From Flavobacteriales bacterium (GTDB taxonomy: Bacteria; Bacteroidota; Bacteroidia; Palsa-965), in assembly GCA_040377305.1 (NCBI GenBank), contig JBEIPA010000018.1, positions 42,618 through 106,617 on the forward strand: a stretch of 64,000 nucleotides of DNA, written 5' to 3'. The notes under the pieces were generated by a model, which did no database searches, was not told the origin of the DNA, and saw only the letters and a list, made by a program, of their open reading frames with translations. Shown here piece after piece: positions 8,204-17,744 of the stretch. The first letter of the stretch is position 1, and each line of letters opens with the position of its first letter. The translations under genes were made by a program, and so were the position numbers.

Positions 8204-8271
8204 CAGTAGGCAGTAAGCAGTCGATTTACAATTCATTGGCATATCGGCACATTGGCAAATTGGCACATCGA
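8204..8271. repeat. Short-period tandem repeats (7-mer CAGTARG; 8-mer HATYGGCA)
   Basis: cagtagg cagtaag cagt; cattggca tatcggca cattggca aattggca. Confidence 0.7.
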
Positions 8272-8306
8272 TCAGCAACCTGAGGTTTTCTGAGTAATAT
8301 TGTACC

Positions 8307-9350
8307 ATGTCTAGCGTCGCGATCGTTATCCTGAACTGGAACGGCAAATCATTTCTTGAACAATTTCTGCCGGGCGTAATCGCAAACTCTCCTTCGTATG
8401 CAGAAGTAATCGTTGCAGACAACGCTTCGTCGGACGATTCGGTGAAGTGGCTGAAGCAAAATCACCCCAACATTCGGATTATACAAAATGCTTCGAATGG
8501 CGGATTCGCAAAAGGCTATAATGATGCGCTCGCTCACGTTGATGCAGAATACTTCGTGTTGCTGAATTCTGATATCGAAGTCACACACGCCTGGCTGGAT
8601 CCGATGATTGCGTTACTCGACAAAGACTCATCTGTTGCGGCGTGTCAACCCAAGTTGCGTGCGTTTCACCAAAGAGATGAATTCGAATATGCCGGAGCGG
8701 CTGGCGGTTTCATGGACAAATGGGGATATCCATTTTGTCGCGGAAGAATATTCGACACGTACGAGAAAGACCATGGACAATACAACGACGTATGTGAAAT
8801 TGCGTGGGCAACGGGCGCTTGTCTCGTTATTCGAAAATCAGACTGGCTGAATACAGGCGGACTTGATCCTGATTTCTTTGCGCACATGGAAGAAATAGAT
8901 TTGTGCTGGCGTTTGAGAAATCGCGGCAGGAAAATCATGTATTGTCCCGACTCCGTAATTTATCACGTAGGCGGAGGAACGCTGAACAAAACAAGTCCGC
9001 GAAAAACATATCTCAACTTCAGGAACAATCTTATTCTCTTAACGAAGAATCATGCCTCCGCTTTTTTCTGGCTGAAGATTTACCTGAGAATGTGTTTGGA
9101 TGGCGTTGCTGCTTTTCGTTTTCTCTTTTCAGGAGATGGAAAACATTTCTGGGCAGTTGTTACCGCACACCTGAGCTATTGGAGGACACTCGGCACAACA
9201 ATAAGAAAGCGTCGTAAAATCAAAAAGGAAGTTTCTGTATTTGCAACCTCGTGTATCTACCGCGGAAATATTGTGGTCGATTATTTTTTACGTGGCAAGA
9301 AAAAATTCTCGGACCTCGACCCTTCCCGATTCGATCCCAAGAAAATATGA
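8307..9350 (+). CDS. Glycosyltransferase family 2 (WbbL-like)
   Basis: IVILNWNG, VADNASSD, LLNSD, WATGAC, FFAHMEEIDLCWR. Confidence 0.9.
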   Translation: MSSVAIVILNWNGKSFLEQFLPGVIANSPSYAEVIVADNASSDDSVKWLKQNHPNIRIIQNASNGGFAKGYNDALAHVDAEYFVLLNSDIEVTHAWLDPMIALLDKDSSVAACQPKLRAFHQRDEFEYAGAAGGFMDKWGYPFCRGRIFDTYEKDHGQYNDVCEIAWATGACLVIRKSDWLNTGGLDPDFFAHMEEIDLCWRLRNRGRKIMYCPDSVIYHVGGGTLNKTSPRKTYLNFRNNLILLTKNHASAFFWLKIYLRMCLDGVAAFRFLFSGDGKHFWAVVTAHLSYWRTLGTTIRKRRKIKKEVSVFATSCIYRGNIVVDYFLRGKKKFSDLDPSRFDPKKI

Positions 9351-9401
9351 AAGCCCGAAAAGTGTATGGTGCACATTCGAATTTTCAAATCATCGAATAA
9401 A

Positions 9402-10172
9402 CTACTCACCGAATATGATGCGCTTCTTTCTTGTGAGACCAAACTGACCTTCCGTCTTTCTTCTTAGGAACTGTATTGCTTCTTGCGGATCATCAGTATA
9501 GAACAGAAGTTCTTCGTCTTCCGGAGAAATTGTTTGCGCTTCATGCATTCTGTCGATGTGCGCTCTCAGGTGAGCATGAAAATCCTTGCACATCACGACA
9601 ATCGGGAACTGAAGAAACTTCCCGGTTTGAATTAATGTCAATGCTTCGAAAAATTCATCGAGTGTTCCGAATCCACCAGGCATTACAACATATCCGTAGG
9701 AGTACTTCGAGAGTAAGACTTTCCGCACAAAGAAGTAACGTATGTTCACCCACTTGTCGAGATAAGGATTGGGTTTCTGTTCGTGCGGTAAAACAATGTT
9801 GCAACCAACCGACATCCCGCCTGCTTCTTTCGCACCACGATTCGCTGCTTCCATAATTCCCGGACCACCGCCAGTCATGGTAGTAAAACCAATACCTGCG
9901 AGCCCCTTCCCTACTTCACGCGCTAATTCATAATATTGATGGCCGGGTTTGAAGCGTGCTGAACCAAATACCGTTACACACGGACCAACGAAATGCAGCT
10001 TTCTGAATCCACGGATGAACTCACGCAACACGGTTAATACGAATACAAATTCCTGCCAACGCGAGCGCGGACCTTCCAAAAAGTCTCTCTCATCAGTGTG
10101 TGCTTTCTCCGGAAGTTCTTCCTGCTTCTTCTGTTCTTCTGCTTTCTCCGGATTTTTAATCGGCTCTTCCAT
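9402..10172 (-). CDS. LOG family (TIGR00730) nucleotide phosphoribohydrolase
   Basis: VTVFGSAR, TGGGPGIMEAANRGA, PGGFGTLDE. Confidence 0.92.
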   Translation of the reverse strand: MEEPIKNPEKAEEQKKQEELPEKAHTDERDFLEGPRSRWQEFVFVLTVLREFIRGFRKLHFVGPCVTVFGSARFKPGHQYYELAREVGKGLAGIGFTTMTGGGPGIMEAANRGAKEAGGMSVGCNIVLPHEQKPNPYLDKWVNIRYFFVRKVLLSKYSYGYVVMPGGFGTLDEFFEALTLIQTGKFLQFPIVVMCKDFHAHLRAHIDRMHEAQTISPEDEELLFYTDDPQEAIQFLRRKTEGQFGLTRKKRIIFGE

Positions 10173-10216
10173 AGTACCACGAAGATAACTGACATCTTGG
10201 TATGCCTGCGGCGCTC

Positions 10217-10371
10217 ACCACGGCGACACAGCGTTACGGCGCTTTCTTTGTGTTTGATTTTGGATTCCCAACCGGAGATACGGCGAACAGACACTATCGG
10301 TTTTTCGCCGTGTCCTCCGGTTGAGCAAAGAACGATAAACATTTAGCGCCGTTTCGCCGTGCCGCCGTGGT
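10217..10371. repeat. ~155-bp rod-like palindromic element
   Basis: ACCACGGCG..ACGGCGCT / AGCGCCGT..CGCCGTGGT outer arms; CAACCGGAG..ACGGCGAA / TTCGCCGT..CTCCGGTTG inner arms. Confidence 0.8.
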
Positions 10372-10415
10372 AGCCAGCTGCAAGCGTCCACGAGTTCAAG
10401 TGTTCTTCGAGGCAC

Positions 10416-10446
10416 AAAAAAACCGCCATCTTTTCAGACAGCGGTT
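10416..10446 (-). terminator. Probable terminator of the TPR gene
   Basis: AACCGC/GCGGTT stem with A-run on plus strand (U-run on minus). Confidence 0.55.
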
Positions 10447-10466
10447 CAATGGAAATCGTTTGAGAA

Positions 10467-11549
10467 TTACTTACAATCCGAAGTAACGTACTCGGCAGCA
10501 TCTACATGTCCGAGTGAAGACGCCTTGCGGAAATCTTTGCACGCGTTTACGTTGTCTTTCAGATCACGCTCAACCAGCCCACGGCGGTAATACGCCTCTG
10601 GATCTTGCGGACGAATTGAAATCGCCTGACCATAATCGTAGATAGCTGAAGTCATTTTATTCATACGCTCGCAGCACTGTGCGCGGTGCATGTACGCATC
10701 ATAGTTCAAAGGATCACGCTCAAGTGCTTTTGAGAAATTCACGAAAGCCAATTCATGATCGTCTTTGCTGAATTGGTGCAATGCAAGCTGGTACCAGCCA
10801 TCAGCCAGGTGTGGTGACTTCTCTGTAGCACGTGTGAAATCTTCAACAGCCATGATCTCGTTTTTCAATCCGAGGTAAGCTTGTCCGCGCTTTGCATAGT
10901 ACTGACCTGAATCAGGACACAATGCAATTGCCTTCGTAAGTTCATCTACAGCTTCCTGGTACTTACGAACTGTAAGTTTTGAGCTACCTTCTTTATAATG
11001 TTGCAAAGCTGTGTTCCAGCAGAAATTATCGTCGAACGCAATTTTTGCTTTTTCATGTCCAAGCGACATGGCACGGCTCAAATCAACACACGCTTGTTCT
11101 TTGGTAGTTCCGTTATTCGTACACATTGCACGCTGGTAGTATGCATCTGACATTGTTCCATCAAGTCCGATCGCAACATCCAGATCCGGAACAGCATCTG
11201 CTTTCTTCGATAGTCCGATGTTTGCCATCGCACGGCCGTAATAAAGTTTCGCCCAGTCTGAATAATTTTTCTTGATCTCGTCCTGATTTGCGCTCATCTT
11301 GTCGAACTCCGACATGGTTTCGAAGTCGGCTTTCAACTTGACAATACGACGTGCTTCAGCATCGATCTTATTGATTTCAGTTGTGTAGTCTGTAATTGCT
11401 CCGTTGAAATCGCCTTTGTCGCGTTTCATATCACCTGCCGCAGAAGGGCCTGTGTATACTGGAGCTGGAGTTGGAGTTTTTGTTTGAGCCGTTGCGAATG
11501 TGGTGATTCCGATCAAGGCAAGGCACAGAATGAAGTATTGCTTTTTCAT
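10467..11549 (-). CDS. Secreted tetratricopeptide-repeat protein
   Basis: Signal peptide MKKQYFILCLALIG.. from ATG 11549; multiple TPRs (AYYQRA, YYAKRG, AYYRRG); two 'ACxDxxxAxSLG' caps. Confidence 0.85.
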   Translation of the reverse strand: MKKQYFILCLALIGITTFATAQTKTPTPAPVYTGPSAAGDMKRDKGDFNGAITDYTTEINKIDAEARRIVKLKADFETMSEFDKMSANQDEIKKNYSDWAKLYYGRAMANIGLSKKADAVPDLDVAIGLDGTMSDAYYQRAMCTNNGTTKEQACVDLSRAMSLGHEKAKIAFDDNFCWNTALQHYKEGSSKLTVRKYQEAVDELTKAIALCPDSGQYYAKRGQAYLGLKNEIMAVEDFTRATEKSPHLADGWYQLALHQFSKDDHELAFVNFSKALERDPLNYDAYMHRAQCCERMNKMTSAIYDYGQAISIRPQDPEAYYRRGLVERDLKDNVNACKDFRKASSLGHVDAAEYVTSDCK

Positions 11550-11690
11550 CTTAAGGTGGTATGGAGGTGCAAACTTATTGAATTTACAGCTCTGTTTTAC
11601 AGTAAAAAGTTGCTTATCGCCGGGACAAATATGCACCAATCATGCCAAAACAGTAGGCAATTGGGCTGTAGCGTAGTTGGCCGTCCAGCC

Positions 11691-11831
11691 TCCGTCGGCT
11701 GAAGCCTGACGGTTACCATTGCGATTATTCAGAATAACGTGGTGGGAGAAAAAATGTCGGAGACATTATTTCTCCCACCAAATCTCCCCTACCGATAGAG
11801 CAATGATAACCGTGCGGCTTTAGCCGACGGA
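11691..11831. repeat. REPIN-like element: two inverted REP-like palindromes around a central hairpin
   Basis: TCCGTCGGCTGAAGCCTGACGGTTACCATTGC versus reverse complement TCCGTCGGCTAAAGCCGCACGGTTATCATTGC; inner GTGGGAGAAA/TTTCTCCCAC. Confidence 0.8.
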
Positions 11832-11848
11832 TAGAAATATCAGCAGGG

Positions 11849-12955
11849 CTACTCCTTCTGCTGCACTGCACCATCGATGACTTCATACACCTTATAGGGC
11901 AACCCACGTCCTTTAAAAAGCACATGCATTCTGCCTGTCCCTGTATCGGTGATAAAAAGCTGACCAAATTCCGGCTTGCAAACGAGTTCCATCAGACGAT
12001 ACACGCGATCAGCGTCTAGCTTGTCGTGAATGTCATCGAGCAAAAGCAGTGGTTTTTTTCCGGTATTCTGTTCAAGCAAACGATATTCACTCAGCTTCAG
12101 CGCAAGCAAAAATGTTTTCTGCTGGCCCTGCGATCCGCTTTTCTTGAGGGAATGTGTATTGATGGAAAAATCCAGATCATCGCGGTGAATTCCCTGCGAT
12201 GTGTATTCCAATGCTATGTCTTTTCGCTGCGCATCAAGCAAAGTCTGCTCAAACGATTTCGTGTGCAAAACCGATTCGTATTGCAAGGATACATGTTCAC
12301 TTCCTCCTGAGAGAACGGAATAATATTCGTTGAACAAGGGCTGCAGTTTCGCAATGAATTCTTTTCTCCATTCGAAAATTTTCACACCGTGATTGGTGAG
12401 TTGAATGTCGAGCACTTCCATTGTGCTGAAGTCGCCACCACCTTGCGCCATTTGTTTCAGCAATGCATTTCGCTGCGACAAAACGCGGTTGTATGCAATG
12501 AGATGATCAAGGTAATTTCTATTGTACTGAGAAATCACCGAGTCAACGAATCGTCTGCGTTCTTCGCTTGAACCAGCAACCAATACTCCATCGGCCGGAC
12601 TCACGACCACTAATGGAATTAATCCGATGTGATCAGAAAGTCGCTCGTAGTCTTTGCCATTTTTGCGGAACACTTTTTTCTGTCCGCGCTTCACGCCGCA
12701 ATAAATACTGTCGCTGCTTCCATCCTCTTTCGAAAAATCTCCTTGTACTACGAAGAATGGAGCATCGAATCGGATGTTTTGCGTGTCTGCAGGATTCAAA
12801 AAACTCTTGCACAGTGCGAGATAATGAATCGCCTCCAAAAGATTCGTTTTCCCGGATCCGTTGAGGCCCGTGAAGCAATTAATGCGCGCCGAACACTCGA
12901 TTTCGAGGTGCTCATAATTGCGAAAATTGACCAGAGAGAGCTTTTGGAGAATCAT
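11849..12955 (-). CDS. recF: DNA replication/repair protein RecF
   Basis: NFRNY, GLNGSGKTNLLEAI, GSQGQQK, LLLDD. Confidence 0.95.
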   Translation of the reverse strand: MILQKLSLVNFRNYEHLEIECSARINCFTGLNGSGKTNLLEAIHYLALCKSFLNPADTQNIRFDAPFFVVQGDFSKEDGSSDSIYCGVKRGQKKVFRKNGKDYERLSDHIGLIPLVVVSPADGVLVAGSSEERRRFVDSVISQYNRNYLDHLIAYNRVLSQRNALLKQMAQGGGDFSTMEVLDIQLTNHGVKIFEWRKEFIAKLQPLFNEYYSVLSGGSEHVSLQYESVLHTKSFEQTLLDAQRKDIALEYTSQGIHRDDLDFSINTHSLKKSGSQGQQKTFLLALKLSEYRLLEQNTGKKPLLLLDDIHDKLDADRVYRLMELVCKPEFGQLFITDTGTGRMHVLFKGRGLPYKVYEVIDGAVQQKE

Positions 12956-13023
12956 TAAGGCTTGAATTCCTGCAAAATTGACAAAATCAGGGCTTTTTTG
13001 GTACTAAAAGTCGAAAAAAATAC

Positions 13024-13031
13024 TACTTTTG
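13024..13031 (+). promoter_or_regulatory. -7 promoter box
   Basis: TACTTTTG upstream of 13068. Confidence 0.65.
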
Positions 13032-13067
13032 CGACCCTGATTCCAACAATTCACGATCAGAAATAGC

Positions 13068-13748
13068 ATGGCACAAGAAACGAAAGAACAGCCTACACTC
13101 GACATCGAGGCTGCGTACGACAAGACGGAAATGTATATCAACGAGAACAAGAAAAGTCTCGCTTTGATTATTGGTGGCGTCATTGCATTGGTTGGTGTAT
13201 TCTTCCTCTGGAAGTTTTGGTACCAGGAACCACGCAACATTGAAGCTGCTGAAGCAATGTACAAGGCTGAGATCTGGTTCCAGCGCGACTCATTCAATCT
13301 TTGCATCAATGGCAAAGGCGACACGCTCGGAATGCAGTCAATCGTTGACGAGTACGGCAGCACGCCTTCAGGCAACCTTGCAAAGTATTATCTCGGGGTT
13401 AGCTACCTGCGCACTGGTCAGTGGGATCTTTCAATCGAGACGCTCGAAGATTTTGACTCGGACGATATGTTCCTGAGCGCAATGTCAATCGGAATGATTG
13501 GCGATGCGTATATGGAAAAAGGAATGGTTGATGATGCAATTGATCATTACCTGAAAGCAGCAAACAAAAATCCAAACAAATTCACTTCACCTACATTCCT
13601 GAAGAAAGCAGCATTTGCTGAAGAAGACCGCGGAAACAAAGAAGATGCGTTGAAATTGTACGAGCAGATCAAAGTTGATTATCCTGAATCACAGGATGCA
13701 GCACAGATCGACAAGTATATCACTCGCGCCGGCGGTGTAGTAAAGTAG
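13068..13748 (+). CDS. Membrane-anchored TPR protein (YfgM-like)
   Basis: Single N-terminal TM then TPRs; recF/TPR/ribH arrangement familiar from Bacteroidota. Confidence 0.8.
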   Translation: MAQETKEQPTLDIEAAYDKTEMYINENKKSLALIIGGVIALVGVFFLWKFWYQEPRNIEAAEAMYKAEIWFQRDSFNLCINGKGDTLGMQSIVDEYGSTPSGNLAKYYLGVSYLRTGQWDLSIETLEDFDSDDMFLSAMSIGMIGDAYMEKGMVDDAIDHYLKAANKNPNKFTSPTFLKKAAFAEEDRGNKEDALKLYEQIKVDYPESQDAAQIDKYITRAGGVVK

Positions 13749-13765
13749 GAAACGCTTTAAGTCAT

Positions 13766-13913
13766 TAAGTAGGCAAGTCGGGCTGCATCATGTAGACCGA
13801 CTTGCTTATTTATAGCTTGGCCAGACTTGCTTACTTTTATACTTGCCTGCTTTTTACTGGCCTACTTAATACTTGCCTACTTAAATCCTTATTGACTTAC
13901 TGACTTTTTAGAC
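13766..13913. repeat. ACTTGCCTACTT-type degenerate tandem repeats with one inverted copy
   Basis: AAGTAGGCAAGT at 13768; five ACT(T/G)GCYT-type copies at ~13800, 13825, 13841, 13856, 13871. Confidence 0.75.
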
Positions 13914-13919
13914 TTCACC

Positions 13920-14414
13920 ATGGCAACAGAACTAAAGAATCTCTCTTCTTACGATCCGGCAAGCGTTCCTTCCGGAAAAGGTCGTCGCATTGCAATCGTC
14001 GTTGCAGAATGGAATTCCGATGTCACATTCTCCATGCGCGATGCAGCGATTAAAACGTTATTGGAGAACGGTGTGGCCAAATCGGCTATCGAAGTGACTC
14101 ATGTACCGGGCACGTTCGAATTGACATTAGGAGCTCAGCTGGCAGGCCAGCGAAAATCAATTGACGCGGTAATCTGCATTGGTTGTGTAATCCAGGGCGA
14201 TACCCGGCACTTCGATTTCATTTGCCAGGGCGTGACTTACGGAATTACTGAGGTCAACATTTCACTGGACAAACCAGTCATTTTCGGTGTACTCACCACC
14301 AAAAACATTCAGCAGGCACGCGACCGCTCGGGTGGGAAGCATGGAAACAAAGGAGATGAGGCAGCAGTAACCGCTTTGAAAATGATTGCGGTGAAAAACA
14401 GTCTTAAGCGATAA
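13920..14414 (+). CDS. ribH: 6,7-dimethyl-8-ribityllumazine synthase
   Basis: [37 protein letters not shown]. Confidence 0.97.
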   Translation: MATELKNLSSYDPASVPSGKGRRIAIVVAEWNSDVTFSMRDAAIKTLLENGVAKSAIEVTHVPGTFELTLGAQLAGQRKSIDAVICIGCVIQGDTRHFDFICQGVTYGITEVNISLDKPVIFGVLTTKNIQQARDRSGGKHGNKGDEAAVTALKMIAVKNSLKR

Positions 14415-14425
14415 GAATAGAATTG

Positions 14426-14463
14426 AAAAAGCCGTTCTGACAAATATGTCAGAACGGCTTTTT
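14426..14463. terminator. Bidirectional terminator between ribH and tRNA-Pro
   Basis: AAAAAGCCGTTCTGACA-AATA-TGTCAGAACGGCTTTTT perfect IR. Confidence 0.88.
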
Positions 14464-14469
14464 CTTTTG

Positions 14470-14542
<73 letters not shown>

Positions 14543-14636
14543 ATCAAAACAGTCGATTTCTCAACTGGGCTGCAAAACTAATTAATTATTTTGCATTCTA
14601 AATGTCTTTTCAGCGCTTTTTTCTGCAAAATGATTG

Positions 14637-14710
14637 TGATCCCGTCGCGACTCGAACGCGAAACCTGCTGCTTAGAAGGCAGCTGCTCTATCCGGTTGAG
14701 CTACGGGACC
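14637..14710 (-). tRNA. tRNA-Arg(UCU)
   Basis: GGTCCCG acceptor, anticodon arm GCTGC-CTTCTAA-GCAGC, GTTCGAGT T-loop; no CCA; TACTTTTG box at 14724..14731. Confidence 0.97.
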
Positions 14711-14794
14711 GGAAATTCTGCTGCAAAAGTAAGAGTTATTCGGTGACAAGGATCAGGAACCTGCAGTCAGAATAAATAGCGACTTTTGCAGCGC

Positions 14795-15544
14795 ATGAGA
14801 CTGGCTACTATTACTTTCTTGTTTTCATTGGTATTTGGTGCTTTACACGGACAAGATACACTTCGCAAACCTCGTCGTGTTACACCAATTGTTTTCTCCG
14901 GAGTTTCTTATCAGTTCGCCATCAACGGCAAACAAGCGGAAACCGATTTGGGCAACTTCGCATTCAAGAGTTACGCGCAACCGGAAATCGGGCTTGGAAT
15001 TAAATACCAGCAAGACACTGCTGAATTTGCAACCGTTGGAATTTCTGCAACGCGTTATGTATTTACACTCGCGAGCAACAACGTTTTGTACGACAACGGA
15101 AATGAATATCCGATTTCAAATCGTCTGGATATTTACATGAACAACTTCGCGCTTAATACAACCTATCATCGCAGACTCACACACAAAAGTCCAACGCACT
15201 ACTTGTCGCTTGAGCTGGGCGCAGGGGTACATGTGATTCAGTGGTACGGAACTGTTCGCACAGAGGATACACAGGTTGGTCCGTACGCAGCAACGCACAC
15301 TGTACATACACCGAAGGAAATTTATGCGTTGCCGTCCACAACCCTTGGATTGAATTGCTCACTGCTTTCCCGCGAACACAAGACGAATTTTCTCTTCGGA
15401 ATTAATTCTACACTCTATCTCGGTAAGTTCGATGAGATAGAATACAACGCCCGATATACTTCGGCAAACACCACGTTGAATTATTCTTTGCGTTGGGCAC
15501 CAATGATTTTAGCACCGAGAGTTTATGTGATGGCGATGTTTTGA
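14795..15544 (+). CDS. Hypothetical exported protein, probable small outer-membrane beta-barrel
   Basis: Signal peptide, alternating beta-strand patterns, C-terminal Phe. Confidence 0.5.
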   Translation: MRLATITFLFSLVFGALHGQDTLRKPRRVTPIVFSGVSYQFAINGKQAETDLGNFAFKSYAQPEIGLGIKYQQDTAEFATVGISATRYVFTLASNNVLYDNGNEYPISNRLDIYMNNFALNTTYHRRLTHKSPTHYLSLELGAGVHVIQWYGTVRTEDTQVGPYAATHTVHTPKEIYALPSTTLGLNCSLLSREHKTNFLFGINSTLYLGKFDEIEYNARYTSANTTLNYSLRWAPMILAPRVYVMAMF

Positions 15545-15560
15545 CATCGGTTATTCAAAT

Positions 15561-16649
15561 TTAAAATCGATGACTTGTCTTTACCTGCCAATCGGTGTGG
15601 ATTCCACCCGCAACAAATGCCATAACTCCATTCAAATCTTTAATTGTATTTCCTCCCTTTGGTGATGAAATGCTGCTCCAATAAACACCGCTGTTAAGAG
15701 ATTCCTCTACACCTGTTGGCCCAATTGCAACGCATTTATACCCAAGGAAGCCATATACCCGTTTTGAATCAACAAACTCCACGCAGGATCGATATCCGTT
15801 AGGAGGTCTTGAGGGTCTCGTCCAAGTTCTACCACCATCCGTTGTAACGAAACAGTTTTTGGTCGTGTCGTCAGGAAGTAAGTAATCGCCACCTACGATT
15901 ATGCCCAATGAAGTATCCCTCCACGCCATCGAAAAAATTCCCTGCGATGGTTTCCCTTGCAGAATCGGTGTTTCAAAAACTTCCCAATGATGTCCGTAAT
16001 CGCGTGAGTGCCACAAGCGCGATTTCACTCCGCCCGTTGCAATGTACACGTGTCCGTTCGGTAATGTTCTGATGGTTGTTCCGCTTGCTGCGAATGCGGC
16101 TTCACCATCTACTAGTTGTGGACGATCTTCGAATGGGATGTCCTTCCACGTTTTCCCGCCATCAAAAGTTTCCATGAGAAACAATCTGCCTTTTATTGGA
16201 TCGCCGAAAATAAGTCCGTGTTTTTTATCCCAGAATCCAACGCCGTCGAAAAAATAAGCGCTTTCTGCATAGTTGACAATCTCAAGCCAGGTTTTCCCTC
16301 CATTGCTTGTTCTGAGAATCACTGAAGGAGTTCCTGCAGTTGCAATCACCGCGTTCTTTTTATCAAATGCGTGCAGCGTTCTGAAATCCATTTTCTCATG
16401 GTGCTGAACGCGACGCCACACAAATGTTTTTCCACCGTCAGTGCTTTTGCCTACAAGTCCACGCTGGCCACTGATCCAGATAACCTTCTCATTCACGACA
16501 GAAAGTCCGCGAAAACCTTTCTTCACTGAATCGGCCATGGCTTGAGTTGCAGGCATGCCTGTACAGGTTAGCATGGAATATGCGGGTGTAGTGGCGTGAA
16601 CTATAACAAATGTGAAGAGTCCGAGAAGACTGAGAATCAAGCGTCGCAT
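15561..16649 (-). CDS. BNR/Asp-box (YCF48-like) beta-propeller protein, secreted
   Basis: Repeated S/TxDGGxTW Asp-boxes; signal peptide from ATG 16649. Confidence 0.85.
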   Translation of the reverse strand: MRRLILSLLGLFTFVIVHATTPAYSMLTCTGMPATQAMADSVKKGFRGLSVVNEKVIWISGQRGLVGKSTDGGKTFVWRRVQHHEKMDFRTLHAFDKKNAVIATAGTPSVILRTSNGGKTWLEIVNYAESAYFFDGVGFWDKKHGLIFGDPIKGRLFLMETFDGGKTWKDIPFEDRPQLVDGEAAFAASGTTIRTLPNGHVYIATGGVKSRLWHSRDYGHHWEVFETPILQGKPSQGIFSMAWRDTSLGIIVGGDYLLPDDTTKNCFVTTDGGRTWTRPSRPPNGYRSCVEFVDSKRVYGFLGYKCVAIGPTGVEESLNSGVYWSSISSPKGGNTIKDLNGVMAFVAGGIHTDWQVKTSHRF

Positions 16650-16721
16650 ATTACTAAAGTAGGGATAACTTTGCACAACCGTTCCTTGAACTGTGAACGG
16701 TGAACTATTTAACTGTGAACC

Positions 16722-17693
16722 ATGGATATGCAATACCGCCGTCTCGGCAAATCAGGATTACAAGTAAGCGCCCTTTCATTCGGATCGTGGGTAACATTCG
16801 GTGCACAGATTGGTGACGATGTGGCACAACGTTGTATGGAAATCGCATACGAACGCGGAGTGAACTTCTTCGACAATGCAGAAACCTACGCGAGTGGAAA
16901 ATCCGAAATCGTGATGGGAAATATTCTGAAGAAGCTGAATTGGGACCGCACGAGTTATGTAGTGTCGAGCAAAGTTTTCTGGGGTGGAAAGAAACCCAAT
17001 CAGATCGGACTTTCACGCAAGCACGTGATGGAAGCGTGCAATGCTGCTTTGAAGCGATTACAGGTTGAATATCTCGATTTATATTTCTGTCATCGTCCGG
17101 ATCCGGATACACCAGTAGAAGAAACCGTGCATGCAATGAATGTGCTCATTCAGCAAGGCAAGATTTTCTATTGGGGAACTTCTGAATGGAGCGCAGACCG
17201 AATCATCGAAGCACACACGTATGCGGAGAAGCACAATCTCGTAGGTCCCACGATGGAACAACCCCAGTACAATTTGTTTCACCGTGAGCGATTTGAGAAA
17301 GAGTATGCGCCGCTGTATTCGAAGTACGGAATGGGCACAACGATCTGGTCGCCGCTTGCGTCGGGAATGCTTACCGGAAAATACAATGACGCACCATCGA
17401 CGACCAATACGCGCATGGATCGTAATGATCTGAAGTGGCTGAAAGAAAGAATGCTTGGTGCAGAATCGGGAGATAAGATTCAGCAAGTGAAATCGTTCAC
17501 GAAGCTGGCGAATGAACTGGGAACGGTTCCTACGAAACTTGCGATTGCCTGGACGTTGAAGAATCCGAATGTGAGTAGCACTATTTTGGGTGCTTCAAAA
17601 GCGGAACAACTGGAAGAAACGTTGACTTCACTGGAAGCAATTGAGCTGTTGACGGATGATGTGATGAAGAAGATTGATCAGATTTTCGCTTAG
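16722..17693 (+). CDS. Aldo/keto reductase, Kv-beta-like
   Basis: YRRLGKSGLQVS, FFDNAETY, LYFCHRPD, YWGTSEW, WSPLASG. Confidence 0.93.
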   Translation: MDMQYRRLGKSGLQVSALSFGSWVTFGAQIGDDVAQRCMEIAYERGVNFFDNAETYASGKSEIVMGNILKKLNWDRTSYVVSSKVFWGGKKPNQIGLSRKHVMEACNAALKRLQVEYLDLYFCHRPDPDTPVEETVHAMNVLIQQGKIFYWGTSEWSADRIIEAHTYAEKHNLVGPTMEQPQYNLFHRERFEKEYAPLYSKYGMGTTIWSPLASGMLTGKYNDAPSTTNTRMDRNDLKWLKERMLGAESGDKIQQVKSFTKLANELGTVPTKLAIAWTLKNPNVSSTILGASKAEQLEETLTSLEAIELLTDDVMKKIDQIFA

Positions 17694-17707
17694 CCATTTT
17701 GATGAAT

Positions 17708-17722
17708 TACCAAATTTTGGTA
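17708..17722. promoter_or_regulatory. Putative ParD operator
   Basis: Perfect palindrome TACCAAA-T-TTTGGTA 22 nt upstream of the antitoxin ATG. Confidence 0.55.
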
Positions 17723-17744
17723 CTTTTATTGTAACGTTAAAATC

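Noticed and set aside
13766-13913. Possible CRISPR array or FMN riboswitch before ribH
   Set aside because: Period ~15 nt with no unique spacers and no cas genes; no FMN riboswitch consensus
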